In this document: positions 17,726-26,084 of the stretch, piece by piece
Layout: each line of letters opens with the position of its first letter
Numbering within the stretch: the first letter of the stretch is position 1
Source: a virus
Virus record (IMG/VR): IMGVR_UViG_3300036975_000060
Strand: one strand, 5' to 3'
Length of the DNA: 58,742 nucleotides
Notes under the pieces: generated by a model
Told to the model about the DNA's origin: nothing
What the model saw: the letters and a program-made list of their open reading frames with translations, nothing else
Database searches by the model: none
Made by a program: the position numbers and the translations under genes

Positions 17726-17884
17726 ATGAAAAAAAAATCATCATTTGAATGCGTAGAAAAAGGGCCTTTTCATTGTAGGCGATATCTTGGAGATGTTGAA
17801 GCTTTTACATTGGAAGAGGCCATATCATTGGCAACAAAAAAATATCCTGGATTGTTTGATAGACTTTTTGTTTATTCAAGATAA
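17726..17884 (+). CDS. Small hypothetical protein (52 aa), first rightward gene
   Basis: Below the track threshold. AAGGAGAGGGG RBS upstream. Translation is MKKKSSFECVEKGPFHCRRYLGDVEAF... Confidence 0.4.
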   Translation: MKKKSSFECVEKGPFHCRRYLGDVEAFTLEEAISLATKKYPGLFDRLFVYSR

Positions 17885-17974
17885 ATGACCAGAGCCAGCA
17901 ATATCAGACTCAACCGTTTCTGACGCGCCTTGTCTCACCTGTCGCACACAAAAAACCTACACAGGCAGCGGCTT

Positions 17975-18000
17975 GGGAGGGAAGCTTGAGGGCGGGAGGG
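17975..18000 (+). other. G-quadruplex-type motif (five GGG tracts)
   Basis: Sequence is GGGAGGGAAGCTTGAGGGCGGGAGGG, 30 nt upstream of the tRNA and inside a locally G+C-rich island. Confidence 0.5.
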
Positions 18001-18030
18001 TTGTTGAAGCAAGTGAAGGGAGTTAGATAT

Positions 18031-18104
18031 GGAGTCAGTGGCGAAGTGGTAAACGCGAACGGCTGTGGCCCGTTTATTCGGGGGTTCAAATCCCCTCTGA
18101 CTCC
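18031..18104 (+). tRNA. tRNA-His (anticodon GTG) with genome-encoded G-1
   Basis: Hand-folded cloverleaf. Acceptor stem GAGTCAG/CTGACTC, U8, D-stem GCG/CGC, anticodon stem AACGG/CCGTT, anticodon loop CTGTGGC, T-arm GGGGG-TTCAAAT-CCCCT. G at 18031 pairs with discriminator C73, the bacterial tRNA-His hallmark. No encoded CCA. Confidence 0.9.
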
Positions 18105-18224
18105 CTCCACTTTAAAGTTATGGGGGGGCGTGGCATGCCGGGAGCGAGGGCGAGGAAGATTTTAGGAGTGGCTCCACACCAGGAGGTAGTTCCCGGCATG
18201 TCATTAAAAACAACGGAGGTCGTT

Positions 18225-18380
18225 ATGCAAAAATATTCAACAGTCTACAGCTTCAGACACACAGGCGGGAAGAACATCACCAATAATCTGAAGGTATTAA
18301 AGATAGGATCAAAGAAGTTGTCCGGTCAGGCCATAAGATCCTGTCAATCAAGGCACAGAAGATGGTGCCGAGGCATTTGA
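18225..18380 (+). CDS. Small basic hypothetical protein (51 aa)
   Basis: Internal ATG of ORF 18120-18380 with GGAGG 6 nt upstream. The longer N-terminal extension lies in the GC-rich island and has no RBS. Confidence 0.3.
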   Translation: MQKYSTVYSFRHTGGKNITNNLKVLKIGSKKLSGQAIRSCQSRHRRWCRGI

Positions 18381-18389
18381 GAGGGTGAA

Positions 18390-18587
18390 ATGTGCAATAT
18401 GGTAAAAGCTCGTAAAGATTATAAATGCGATCAGTGTGAAGGCGACATTAAAAAGGATGATTATTATGAGTTTGGTAAAGGCCGTGGACCTGCATACGAT
18501 AAGGATTGTAATGAGCAAATAGGAATACACTATTGGCAATATCGTTTATGTTCAAAGTGTGTTCATTGTCAATGTCATATTATTTAA
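18390..18587 (+). CDS. Small zinc-ribbon protein
   Basis: 65 aa with CDQC ... CSKCVHCQC. GAGGGTG RBS. Confidence 0.5.
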   Translation: MCNMVKARKDYKCDQCEGDIKKDDYYEFGKGRGPAYDKDCNEQIGIHYWQYRLCSKCVHCQCHII

Positions 18588-18646
18588 CCCCTTTGCCGGC
18601 CCCTTCCTTTCCCCAAGGTTAGCCGGTGGCCTGTGGGGGCGCACCT

Positions 18647-18665
18647 ACCCGCCCCTGCGGGTTTT
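18647..18665 (+). terminator. Short hairpin with T-run
   Basis: Stem ACCCGC/GCGGGT with loop CCCT, followed by TTTT. Confidence 0.4.
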
Positions 18666-18682
18666 AATGAAAGGAAATAGCA

Positions 18683-18874
18683 ATGAAGGAAATAATTTTA
18701 CATCATGACAGGAATAGAGAAGCATTTTTAAAAGTATTTCCTAATGCTGAATTTCTAGGATTTGGATTTGGATACTGGGAGCCAACATATAAATTAAGTG
18801 ATCGAGAATGGCAAAGAAATAAAAATCGTTTACCAAAATCATGCACAATTGATGAAGTTAAAACTACCAAATAA
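18683..18874 (+). CDS. Hypothetical protein
   Basis: 63-aa ORF. Confidence 0.45.
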   Translation: MKEIILHHDRNREAFLKVFPNAEFLGFGFGYWEPTYKLSDREWQRNKNRLPKSCTIDEVKTTK

Positions 18875-18968
18875 GGAGGAAAACCAATGTACAGAAAATC
18901 AATAAACATGGCAACGTGTATACTCGGATTTACAATCATGGCAGCCGTCCTGCTTTCCGTGATGTAAC

Positions 18969-19178
18969 ATGGCCGAAGTCAAAACAGAAATAATACTTGC
19001 AGCTCTGATAAGCGATCAGATAAAGATGTCTTTATTCGTAAAACCGTCGCTGGATACGTCAGGGTACGCCTTCCATAGTTTCACGGGAAACACAGTAACC
19101 CTATTCAACGACAAGGGCTCCAAGGTTGTTATCGAGGCCCAGTTCGTTATTAAGGAGGTAAAAAAGAATGAAATATAA
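18969..19178 (+). CDS. Hypothetical protein
   Basis: 69-aa ORF that overlaps the next gene. Confidence 0.45.
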   Translation: MAEVKTEIILAALISDQIKMSLFVKPSLDTSGYAFHSFTGNTVTLFNDKGSKVVIEAQFVIKEVKKNEI

Positions 19179-19374
19179 ATTTACAGGAGCAACGGACGCA
19201 CAGGTTAATTGGGGCGGGAATGATGATCCAAGAGAAGTAATGAAAGTCGGTGACATTGTAACTCTCAACGGAGATCCTGAAGTTCATTTATGGCATACAA
19301 AGATGTCATTTAAAGAGCATCCCGGTAAAAAATTTAACTCCGTTTCTTTTGAAAAAGTGGAATATAACAAATAA
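19168..19374 (+). CDS. Hypothetical protein
   Basis: 68-aa ORF with an AAGGAGG RBS upstream. Confidence 0.5.
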   Translation: MKYKFTGATDAQVNWGGNDDPREVMKVGDIVTLNGDPEVHLWHTKMSFKEHPGKKFNSVSFEKVEYNK

Positions 19375-19551
19375 CGCTCTCAATTGAATAACTGAATAGC
19401 ATTTGATTAACCTTTTACCGTCCAGCTGGACAAACATGAAAGGAGGAACCCCTGTAAGAATGGAAAATTCATATCACTTAATATTATGTCCTGAGAGCGT
19501 TATCGTGGGGGGAGGGTTGCCCTCCCCTTATATAATTTAAAGGGGAAATTC

Positions 19552-19773
19552 ATGAAAGCAAAGAAAATAGACTGGATAATCGCAATTATCTTTTTGACCA
19601 TCGCTTACATTCTGGCATTTTACTACATGGACAAGACACCTGATCCGGTTGAACCAGCAGTTGAGGCAGTTATGACACCCCATGAAAGGGCTGAAAGAGC
19701 CTGTGAGGGGAGCAAGTTTTATGAGTCATGCGTAGAGCAGGCTTTAAAAAATATAAAGGAGAATCAGCAATGA
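19552..19773 (+). CDS. Small membrane protein
   Basis: 73 aa with an N-terminal TM helix (WIIAIIFLTIAYILAFYY). AAAGGGG RBS. Confidence 0.5.
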   Translation: MKAKKIDWIIAIIFLTIAYILAFYYMDKTPDPVEPAVEAVMTPHERAERACEGSKFYESCVEQALKNIKENQQ

Positions 19774-21716
19774 AAGAAATAACCTTGAATTATCTAATAT
19801 TGGACCATTTCAAAGGCATTATAAAATCAATCTTTGATCCAAAAGGCAGAAACGCCACACTGCAGGGCGATAACGGGACCGGTAAAACGTCCCATAAAGA
19901 CGCCTTTCTCTGGCTGTTTTTCGGAAAAGATTCAAACGATAGAACCGACTTCGCAATCAAAACGATTGATAAAAAAACCGGCGAGGAAATGCACCATCTT
20001 GATCATACCGTGAAATGCGGGATATCAATCAATGACAGCAAGACCGACCTTGAAAGAATCTACAAGGAAAAATGGACAAAGAAGCGGGGAGAGGCTAAAC
20101 CATCATTTACCAACCATGTAACCGATTATATTATTGATGATGTCCCTCTTCAAAAAAACGAATGGGATAAAAAGCTGTCAGAGCTTATTGATTATGATAC
20201 CTTTCGGCTGATATCCGATCCCATGTATTTTAATAGCCTTCATTGGGAAAAGCGCAGGGAGATCCTGACCGGTCTTAATGGCGGGGATATCTCAGACGAT
20301 GCCGTTATTCAGCAGAATGAAGAATTGAAAGGCATCCGGGAAATATTGGGGGATCATTCTTTCGAGGAACGGAAGAAGATAGCAAAGGCATCTCTCACAA
20401 AGCTTAATGCTAAAATAAAGGAGTTTGGACCCCGTATCGATGAGCTTAAAAAATCTATTGCTGGCTCCGATGCGCTGGACAGGGAAGCGATAGAGCAGAA
20501 GATCGAGGATTTGGAAGCACAACTTGAAACCCTGAAAGACGATAGTTCTTTGGCTGGATACCGCAAGGAAAAAGCGGACCTGTTGGCGACACTGGCAGAG
20601 CTCAGAAACGATTACAATAATGCCGACAAGGAGCGTGTCAAAGAATATGAGGCAAATCTGTCAAAACTTGCGAAAGCGGCCAGTGAGATTAAGGACAAAT
20701 TGACACCCGTTGAAACAAAAATGAATGACTTGGATCGGAGTATTAAGAATAAGAAAACGGAGAAAGATGATTTACTGAAAAGATGGCAATCAGTTCAGGA
20801 GTCTATATTCTCCGGTCTATCTGATATTCCAGATGATTTTCTCTGTCCCGAATGCGGATACAATCTGAACAGTAAACTGATTAAGGAACATGAAGAGAAA
20901 AACAAAAAGGCCAAAGAAAAATTCAATACAGATAAATCAAACACACTTGAGGAAATAGAGAAAAAAGGCTATGCCCTTAAAGATGAAATCGAAAAAGAAC
21001 AGCAGGATTGGAACCGGAATAAAGAGATCCGGGAAGGCTTATTAAAAGAACTGAAAGACAATGGAGAACAGCAAGCCCAGGTTAAAAAGGATATTGATAA
21101 GACTATAACGACCACTTCTCCTGAAATGGATAAAATCGGCAAGGACATTGACAAAACGCAGGCCTCAATTGATAAGGTATTAGACCTCATTGATAAAGCC
21201 AAAACCGAGGCCCCGGATACAAAGCCGATCGAAGAAGAACTCAAGGAAGAGCGAAAAAAGATAGCCGAGATCGATGCAGCAGAGAAAAACAGGAAGCGGA
21301 TTAAAGAACTTGAGGAAGATGAAAAGAAGTGTTCTGCAGAATATGAAAAGCTGGAAGGAGATCTGTATATTCTGGACCTGTTTGAAAAGTCGAAAGCCCA
21401 ATTGCAAGAAAAGGAAATCAATGCAATGTTTGAATTAGTTGAGTTCAAAATGTTCGACATCCAGATCAACGGTGCCATTAACCCGACCTGCATAACCACT
21501 GTTGACAAGGTGCCATGGGGTTCAGGGTTGAATACCGGCAGCGAGATTAATGCGGGATTGGATATAATCAGGACTCTTTCAAATCATTATGGAGTCAAAG
21601 CTCCTATATTTATCGACCACGCAGAATCAGTGACCGACATTCTGGACATCGGAACACAGACATTTAAGCTGGTTGTCGATGGCGATAAGCCGGAGCTGGA
21701 AATTATATATCATTAA
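19770..21716 (+). CDS. Rad50/SbcC-like SMC-family ATPase with zinc hook
   Basis: Walker A GDNGTGKTS, a long K/E-rich coiled coil interrupted by CPECG (a CxxC hook), and a C-terminal Walker B/D-loop PIFIDHAES. Start ATG 19770 overlaps the upstream stop as ATGA. Confidence 0.75.
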   Translation: MKEITLNYLILDHFKGIIKSIFDPKGRNATLQGDNGTGKTSHKDAFLWLFFGKDSNDRTDFAIKTIDKKTGEEMHHLDHTVKCGISINDSKTDLERIYKEKWTKKRGEAKPSFTNHVTDYIIDDVPLQKNEWDKKLSELIDYDTFRLISDPMYFNSLHWEKRREILTGLNGGDISDDAVIQQNEELKGIREILGDHSFEERKKIAKASLTKLNAKIKEFGPRIDELKKSIAGSDALDREAIEQKIEDLEAQLETLKDDSSLAGYRKEKADLLATLAELRNDYNNADKERVKEYEANLSKLAKAASEIKDKLTPVETKMNDLDRSIKNKKTEKDDLLKRWQSVQESIFSGLSDIPDDFLCPECGYNLNSKLIKEHEEKNKKAKEKFNTDKSNTLEEIEKKGYALKDEIEKEQQDWNRNKEIREGLLKELKDNGEQQAQVKKDIDKTITTTSPEMDKIGKDIDKTQASIDKVLDLIDKAKTEAPDTKPIEEELKEERKKIAEIDAAEKNRKRIKELEEDEKKCSAEYEKLEGDLYILDLFEKSKAQLQEKEINAMFELVEFKMFDIQINGAINPTCITTVDKVPWGSGLNTGSEINAGLDIIRTLSNHYGVKAPIFIDHAESVTDILDIGTQTFKLVVDGDKPELEIIYH

Positions 21717-21935
21717 CTTTTAAGGAGGGATCTAAGTTGATCCGCATAAACTCATTGCTAACTCTTGCAAGTTGCGCAAAAGATAAAAAATCAATAATAG
21801 TTCCAGGTACAAGGCCATGGGAAAAGCCCAGACCTGCAGCATGGATGATAAATTTACCGGGTATCACACTGAATAGATTGTTTGAAATAGGAATGTATAT
21901 TTATGATAAACCAAGAACGGAGGATAAATAAAATT

Positions 21936-23057
21936 ATGGTGAAAAAACAGGAAGGAACAACAACGGCAGTATCAATTAAAGACCAAACACTAACCGCAGT
22001 ATCCGACAGGATAAGAGCACTGCAGAATGAAGGAGGGCTTCACTTTCCGCCTGATTACAGCCCTCAGAACGCCCTTAACTCTGCATGGCTACAACTTCAG
22101 GAGATCAAAACAAGGGAGAAAAAGCCCGTTCTGCAGGCCTGCACCAAAGCCAGCATATGCAATGCCCTGCTTGATATGGTAATAACAGGCATGAACCCTG
22201 CAAAGAACCAGGGATATTTTATACCTTATGGCGATCAATTAACCTTTCAGCGTTCATATCTGGGAACAATGGCTCTTGCGAAAAGGGTCGATAACTCTAT
22301 CCTGGATGTTCCCGCAGAGGTTGTTTATAAAGACGATATTCTTGAATACGAAATATCCAAAGGACAGAAGATCGTTTCCACGCACAAGCAGAAACTTGAA
22401 AATATCAATCCCGAAAACATCATCGCCGCTTATGCCATGACCGTTGACAAAAACGGAGAAGTTAAGAAGTGCGCCATAATGACTATGGACGAAATCAAGA
22501 AGTCATGGAAAATGAGCAAGATGAATCCTATCACTGACAAAGGAAATATCAAGGCAGGCTCAACCCACGCAGAGTTCACCGCTGAGATGTGTAAAAGAAC
22601 AGTAATCAACAGGCTTTGCAAACCGATTATCGGGTCCAGCGATGATAAAAATCTCAGAATGGCGGCATTGCGATCAGATATTGAAAGATCGCTCCATGAA
22701 TCAGAAGAGGAAATCAACGAAAACGCCAACCAGATACCGCTGGACATTGACGATGACGGGCCCGGGGGGCAGGTAGTGGATGCTGAGTATACGGAGACCG
22801 AAGAAGATCAGCCTGAGCAGGACAAAGGGCAGGAAGTGGGAGAAATAGAACCAGACACTTCCTTCATCAAGCAGGTTGATCAGTATGTCGAAATCATGGG
22901 CAAGGATAAAGTAGAGAAAGTCCTGAAAACATTCAAGATCAAAAATCCTTATGATCTGCCGGAAGAAGAGCAGGACGCTTTTATTAAGAAGCTCAAGGAA
23001 GTGCTGGAAGGTGGAGATTCCGGTAAGGGTGGAGCAAGACCCGGATTCGCTGATTAA
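21936..23057 (+). CDS. recT: RecT-family single-strand annealing protein
   Basis: NALNSAWLQLQE...CTKASICNALLDMVITGMNPAKNQGYFIPYGDQLTFQRSYLGTMALAKR fits the RecT core. Acidic C-terminal tail. Start at ATG 21936 with a GGAGGA upstream. Confidence 0.8.
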   Translation: MVKKQEGTTTAVSIKDQTLTAVSDRIRALQNEGGLHFPPDYSPQNALNSAWLQLQEIKTREKKPVLQACTKASICNALLDMVITGMNPAKNQGYFIPYGDQLTFQRSYLGTMALAKRVDNSILDVPAEVVYKDDILEYEISKGQKIVSTHKQKLENINPENIIAAYAMTVDKNGEVKKCAIMTMDEIKKSWKMSKMNPITDKGNIKAGSTHAEFTAEMCKRTVINRLCKPIIGSSDDKNLRMAALRSDIERSLHESEEEINENANQIPLDIDDDGPGGQVVDAEYTETEEDQPEQDKGQEVGEIEPDTSFIKQVDQYVEIMGKDKVEKVLKTFKIKNPYDLPEEEQDAFIKKLKEVLEGGDSGKGGARPGFAD

Positions 23058-23161
23058 GATTCCGCACGCCCAGTATAAGAGGTATATTTATCCATAGCAT
23101 TGAGGGGCAGGAATAGGCCGGCTCCTCTCAAACCATGTAGGAAAAGGAGAAAAAACACATT

Positions 23162-24022
23162 ATGAGCGAACACATACAAATAAGCGCAAAGGTCCTCGGA
23201 GCAATGGTATTAAAGGATTTCTGTCCCCGTTGCTTTCACATTAAACTTCATATCAAGAAACTTCCCTGGCAAATATTCCCGGGGATATTTTCAAGTCTCG
23301 ACAGCTACCAGAAAAAGGTATTGCATCACATGATAGATAAGGGCTGGCACATGAAAAGCATCGAACCCAGTGATTGTTTTCTGACCGAATACGGCAAAAT
23401 AAAGGCATATCACAAGGCGCCTCATTGGAGTAAATTTAGGCTTCTTTACGAAGACCTGAATATCACCCTGTCCGGGGAGATGGATGTCATTCTTGAAATG
23501 GCTGACGGCAGTTTTGTTATAATAGACAATAAGACAGCAAAATATTCGAAGAACCAGGATGAACTTTTGCCTATGTATAAGGTGCAGCTCAACGGTTACA
23601 AAGCCATATGCGAAGGCACAAAGCAGTTTTTCCCTATATCCGGCCTGTTTCTGACATATTTTGAGCCCCAGACGGATGAAACGCATGCGGCCAGGCATTC
23701 TTTCAGGGACAGCTTTGATATCAAGTTCAACCCTAAGATTATCCGAATTGAAGAAGATAACAAGATAATCAGGGAGCTGCTGGAAGATGCCCGGAAAATA
23801 TACGACAGCCCTCATCCTCCTGATGGCTTGGTTGGCTGTAAGGACTGCCAGGCTTTGGATTCAATATTTTACTTCACCAGACCTTTTCCGGCATACGAAG
23901 AGGCAATGAAAAAAATCACCGATAGCAGAGTTGTTGGCCACGCTAAAATGCCGGATAATGAGGTCAATTTTACAAGAGCTGGAACCCGTATAATGTATGA
24001 TCAGATAAGGTCGATGTTTTAA
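23162..24022 (+). CDS. PD-(D/E)XK exonuclease, Cas4/RecB-like with four Cys
   Basis: Motifs GEMDV and IIDNKT (D...DxK), plus QLNGYKAI (QxxxY). Cys pairs CPRC at the N-terminus and CKDC at the C-terminus. Adjacent to RecT. Confidence 0.75.
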   Translation: MSEHIQISAKVLGAMVLKDFCPRCFHIKLHIKKLPWQIFPGIFSSLDSYQKKVLHHMIDKGWHMKSIEPSDCFLTEYGKIKAYHKAPHWSKFRLLYEDLNITLSGEMDVILEMADGSFVIIDNKTAKYSKNQDELLPMYKVQLNGYKAICEGTKQFFPISGLFLTYFEPQTDETHAARHSFRDSFDIKFNPKIIRIEEDNKIIRELLEDARKIYDSPHPPDGLVGCKDCQALDSIFYFTRPFPAYEEAMKKITDSRVVGHAKMPDNEVNFTRAGTRIMYDQIRSMF

Positions 24023-24058
24023 TTGACATCACCGAAAGAATAAACTATTATCAGCATA

Positions 24059-24164
24059 GCCACGGTAGAGAGAGACAGTTTTAACAACGAAATATCAGTA
24101 GCCCCGCTTTGAATGCTCTCTACCGTGGCAGGTAAAAACGAGTTTCATTGCGGGGTTTTTATTT
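24059..24164 (+). other. Structured intergenic element: 14-bp perfect hairpin nested with a second helix that ends in a T-run
   Basis: S1 pairs 24059-24072 with 24116-24129. S2 pairs 24100-24107 with 24150-24157 and is followed by TTTTTATTT. The 5' strand of S2 lies inside the S1 loop. Confidence 0.45.
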
Positions 24165-24174
24165 GGAGGATAAC

Positions 24175-24387
24175 ATGAAAAGAGGCTTTGCAGGTCAATA
24201 TAATACTCCTTGCGTAATCATTGAAGAGGGAGATGATTTTCAAACTGTCATCGATGAATGTGAAAACATAGGAGCATATTTTCAGGAAGGACCGGACGAT
24301 TATGAGGATCAGGTTTTCGTTGTTCAATTTCCAGGAAGGCCCAAAGAAGTTTATAGCAGGAATGCATTAAAAAGGAGTTTGCCATGA
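24175..24387 (+). CDS. Hypothetical protein
   Basis: 70 aa, starting at an ATG preceded by GGAGGA. Confidence 0.45.
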   Translation: MKRGFAGQYNTPCVIIEEGDDFQTVIDECENIGAYFQEGPDDYEDQVFVVQFPGRPKEVYSRNALKRSLP

Positions 24388-24656
24388 ACATTAACGAATT
24401 CATAAAAGACAATCCGGATTTTAAAGTATTCAGAATAGACCCCGGCAACCGCGTTGTATGTGATGACTGTAATGAAGATTACACAGATAGCCAGGAAACA
24501 GGAGGCATCCTTTTTCAATCAAAGGCCATTTGTCCGAAATGCGCTCCGAAATGGGAATCAACCGCTAAGGGATACGGGGAAGAGAGATTTATCAAGGCGC
24601 GGTGTCCAGAGGGTAAAGCTTTTGCTGATTGGGTGAGGGAGGATTTAAGATCATGA
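24384..24656 (+). CDS. Hypothetical Cys-containing protein
   Basis: 90 aa with CDDC...CPKC. AAAGGAG RBS. Confidence 0.5.
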   Translation: MNINEFIKDNPDFKVFRIDPGNRVVCDDCNEDYTDSQETGGILFQSKAICPKCAPKWESTAKGYGEERFIKARCPEGKAFADWVREDLRS

Positions 24657-24988
24657 GCAAATACAAATCAATCAACGTTGATCACATTAAAAAACATGTT
24701 CCCCCTGAGGTAGAAGACTTTCAAGGCTTTATGACAGATAAAGGCATCCAGATATTCAGAAGCATAGACCATGGAAGATATCATATGTCCATATCGAGGC
24801 AGGATCGGTATCCGACGTGGGATGAAATAAAAGACGCCAGAGAGAATCTTTTACCACTCGGTAAACATTTTGTCATGGCCCTGCCTCCGCCTCAGCACTA
24901 TATCAATACTTACAGCAATTGTTTTCATTTATGGGAATGTTTGCCAGACAGGGAAAAGGACCTTATTTGGACATTTGAGCAAGGCTAA
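24653..24988 (+). CDS. Hypothetical protein (conserved phage family, function unknown)
   Basis: 111 aa. YHMSISRQDRYPTWDEIKDAR...HLWE resembles a recurrent phage family with an HLSIS...P.W.E motif. ATGA overlap with the upstream gene. Confidence 0.5.
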   Translation: MSKYKSINVDHIKKHVPPEVEDFQGFMTDKGIQIFRSIDHGRYHMSISRQDRYPTWDEIKDARENLLPLGKHFVMALPPPQHYINTYSNCFHLWECLPDREKDLIWTFEQG

Positions 24989-25011
24989 GATTTATAAACG
25001 GAGGGTGTAGA

Positions 25012-25542
25012 GTGAGAGAATTAAAATTCAGAGCATGGGACAAAAAAGCAAAAATGATGTTTAGACCATTTAATTTAGAGTGGTTTAAACAGGGGGCTGA
25101 TATTCCTGAAAATTGGAAACCTTACAGCACCGAAGAGCTTGGATATTGGGATAAAGACGCTGTTTTTATGCAATACACCGGACTAAAGGATAAAAATGGT
25201 AAGGAGATATATGAGGGGGATATTGTCAGCGTAAAACTTAATTACGCATCATGGCAATTTTATAAATCATTACCCAGATATCCCACGGGACATGATGGAT
25301 ATTCAAGCATTAAAGGAACTGCGGAAATCATATATAATGATATAGACGCTTGCTATTGCATGAAAGCATTGAGCTTAAATAAAGAGTCATCGGCTCATTA
25401 TGATGAATACAATCTTTCTAAGTATTTTAAGGGCTATGGTTTAATACCAATAAGTGGCAGGTATGGTTTACAAAAAGATGAAATACTCGAAGTAATCGGC
25501 AATATCTACGAAAATCCAGAGCTATTGGAAGAAAAACCATGA
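25012..25542 (+). CDS. YopX-family protein
   Basis: MRELKFRAWDKK...YTGLKDKNGKEIYEGDIV...VIGNIYENPELLE is the YopX signature. GTG start with a GGAGGGTG RBS. Confidence 0.8.
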   Translation: MRELKFRAWDKKAKMMFRPFNLEWFKQGADIPENWKPYSTEELGYWDKDAVFMQYTGLKDKNGKEIYEGDIVSVKLNYASWQFYKSLPRYPTGHDGYSSIKGTAEIIYNDIDACYCMKALSLNKESSAHYDEYNLSKYFKGYGLIPISGRYGLQKDEILEVIGNIYENPELLEEKP

Positions 25543-25862
25543 ACCCAGCAGCCGAAGACATCATGCCAAAGAGAATCCAGCGTAAAAGAACAAAGGGATG
25601 GAGAATGCCGTCAAATACAGTCTATGTCGGTCGTGGTAGCAAATGGGGCAATCCTCATAAAGTATCTGATTATAAGTTTGAATCAATTGATCAATGCCGG
25701 AATGCAGCAAGGAGAGATTGGTTGAATGATCTCGAATGTGGTCGATTATCTTACAGCAAAGACGATATAAGACAGGAATTGTTGGGTAAAGATATTGCTT
25801 GTTGGTGTCCTCTGGATTCATACTGCCATGGGGACGACATACTGTTAATCGCTAATAAATAG
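25539..25862 (+). CDS. DUF4326-family protein
   Basis: VYVGRGSKWGNPHKV ... CWCPLDSYCHGDDILLIAN matches the DUF4326 pattern. Confidence 0.6.
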   Translation: MNPAAEDIMPKRIQRKRTKGWRMPSNTVYVGRGSKWGNPHKVSDYKFESIDQCRNAARRDWLNDLECGRLSYSKDDIRQELLGKDIACWCPLDSYCHGDDILLIANK

Positions 25863-25871
25863 AGGGAAATC

Positions 25872-26084
25872 ATGAGCCCAGCCAAAGACATCCAAAACCA
25901 GATAGACACCTTGTGCAATCTGGTATCAGCAAAGGTCTACGACGGCAGGATGAAGCAGATCCGGGCAGGACTGCTTGAACTGCAGAGGAGCTATGCGGAG
26001 TTTGTTGAGAGGCCGAGAAGAAGGTTATGGAGGAAGGTTAAGGGATGGATATCAATTGGCCCAAAGGCCCGAAATATTGGATAG
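25872..26084 (+). CDS. Hypothetical protein
   Basis: 70-aa ORF that overlaps the next gene. Confidence 0.4.
   Translation: MSPAKDIQNQIDTLCNLVSAKVYDGRMKQIRAGLLELQRSYAEFVERPRRRLWRKVKGWISIGPKARNIG

Noticed and set aside
18031-18104. The tRNA gene as evidence for an attP site or a temperate lifestyle.
   Set aside because: No integrase, excisionase pair or CI-length repressor is present, and the tRNA is full length. I treat it as a phage-borne tRNA and leave the lifestyle undetermined.
17910-18110. 66-aa minus-strand ORF overlapping the tRNA-His and the G-rich tract.
   Set aside because: It overlaps a well-folding tRNA on the opposite strand and lies in a G+C-rich stretch where stop codons are rare by composition.
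18120-18224. N-terminal extension (MGGRGMPGARARK...) of ORF 18120-18380.
   Set aside because: It has no RBS, and its Gly/Arg-rich translation is a by-product of the G-rich island. Only the internal ATG at 18225 with GGAGG upstream was kept, at low confidence.
20969-21508. 179-aa antisense ORF inside the Rad50/SbcC-like gene (also 20292-20566).
   Set aside because: The Ser/Phe/Leu/Ile-rich low-complexity translation is the mirror image of the K/E-rich coiled-coil coding strand. There is no RBS, and the sense strand has clear ATPase motifs.
23291-23815. 174-aa antisense ORF opposite the PD-(D/E)XK nuclease gene.
   Set aside because: The sense frame carries the nuclease motifs and proper translational signals. 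The antisense ORF has no RBS and an implausible composition.
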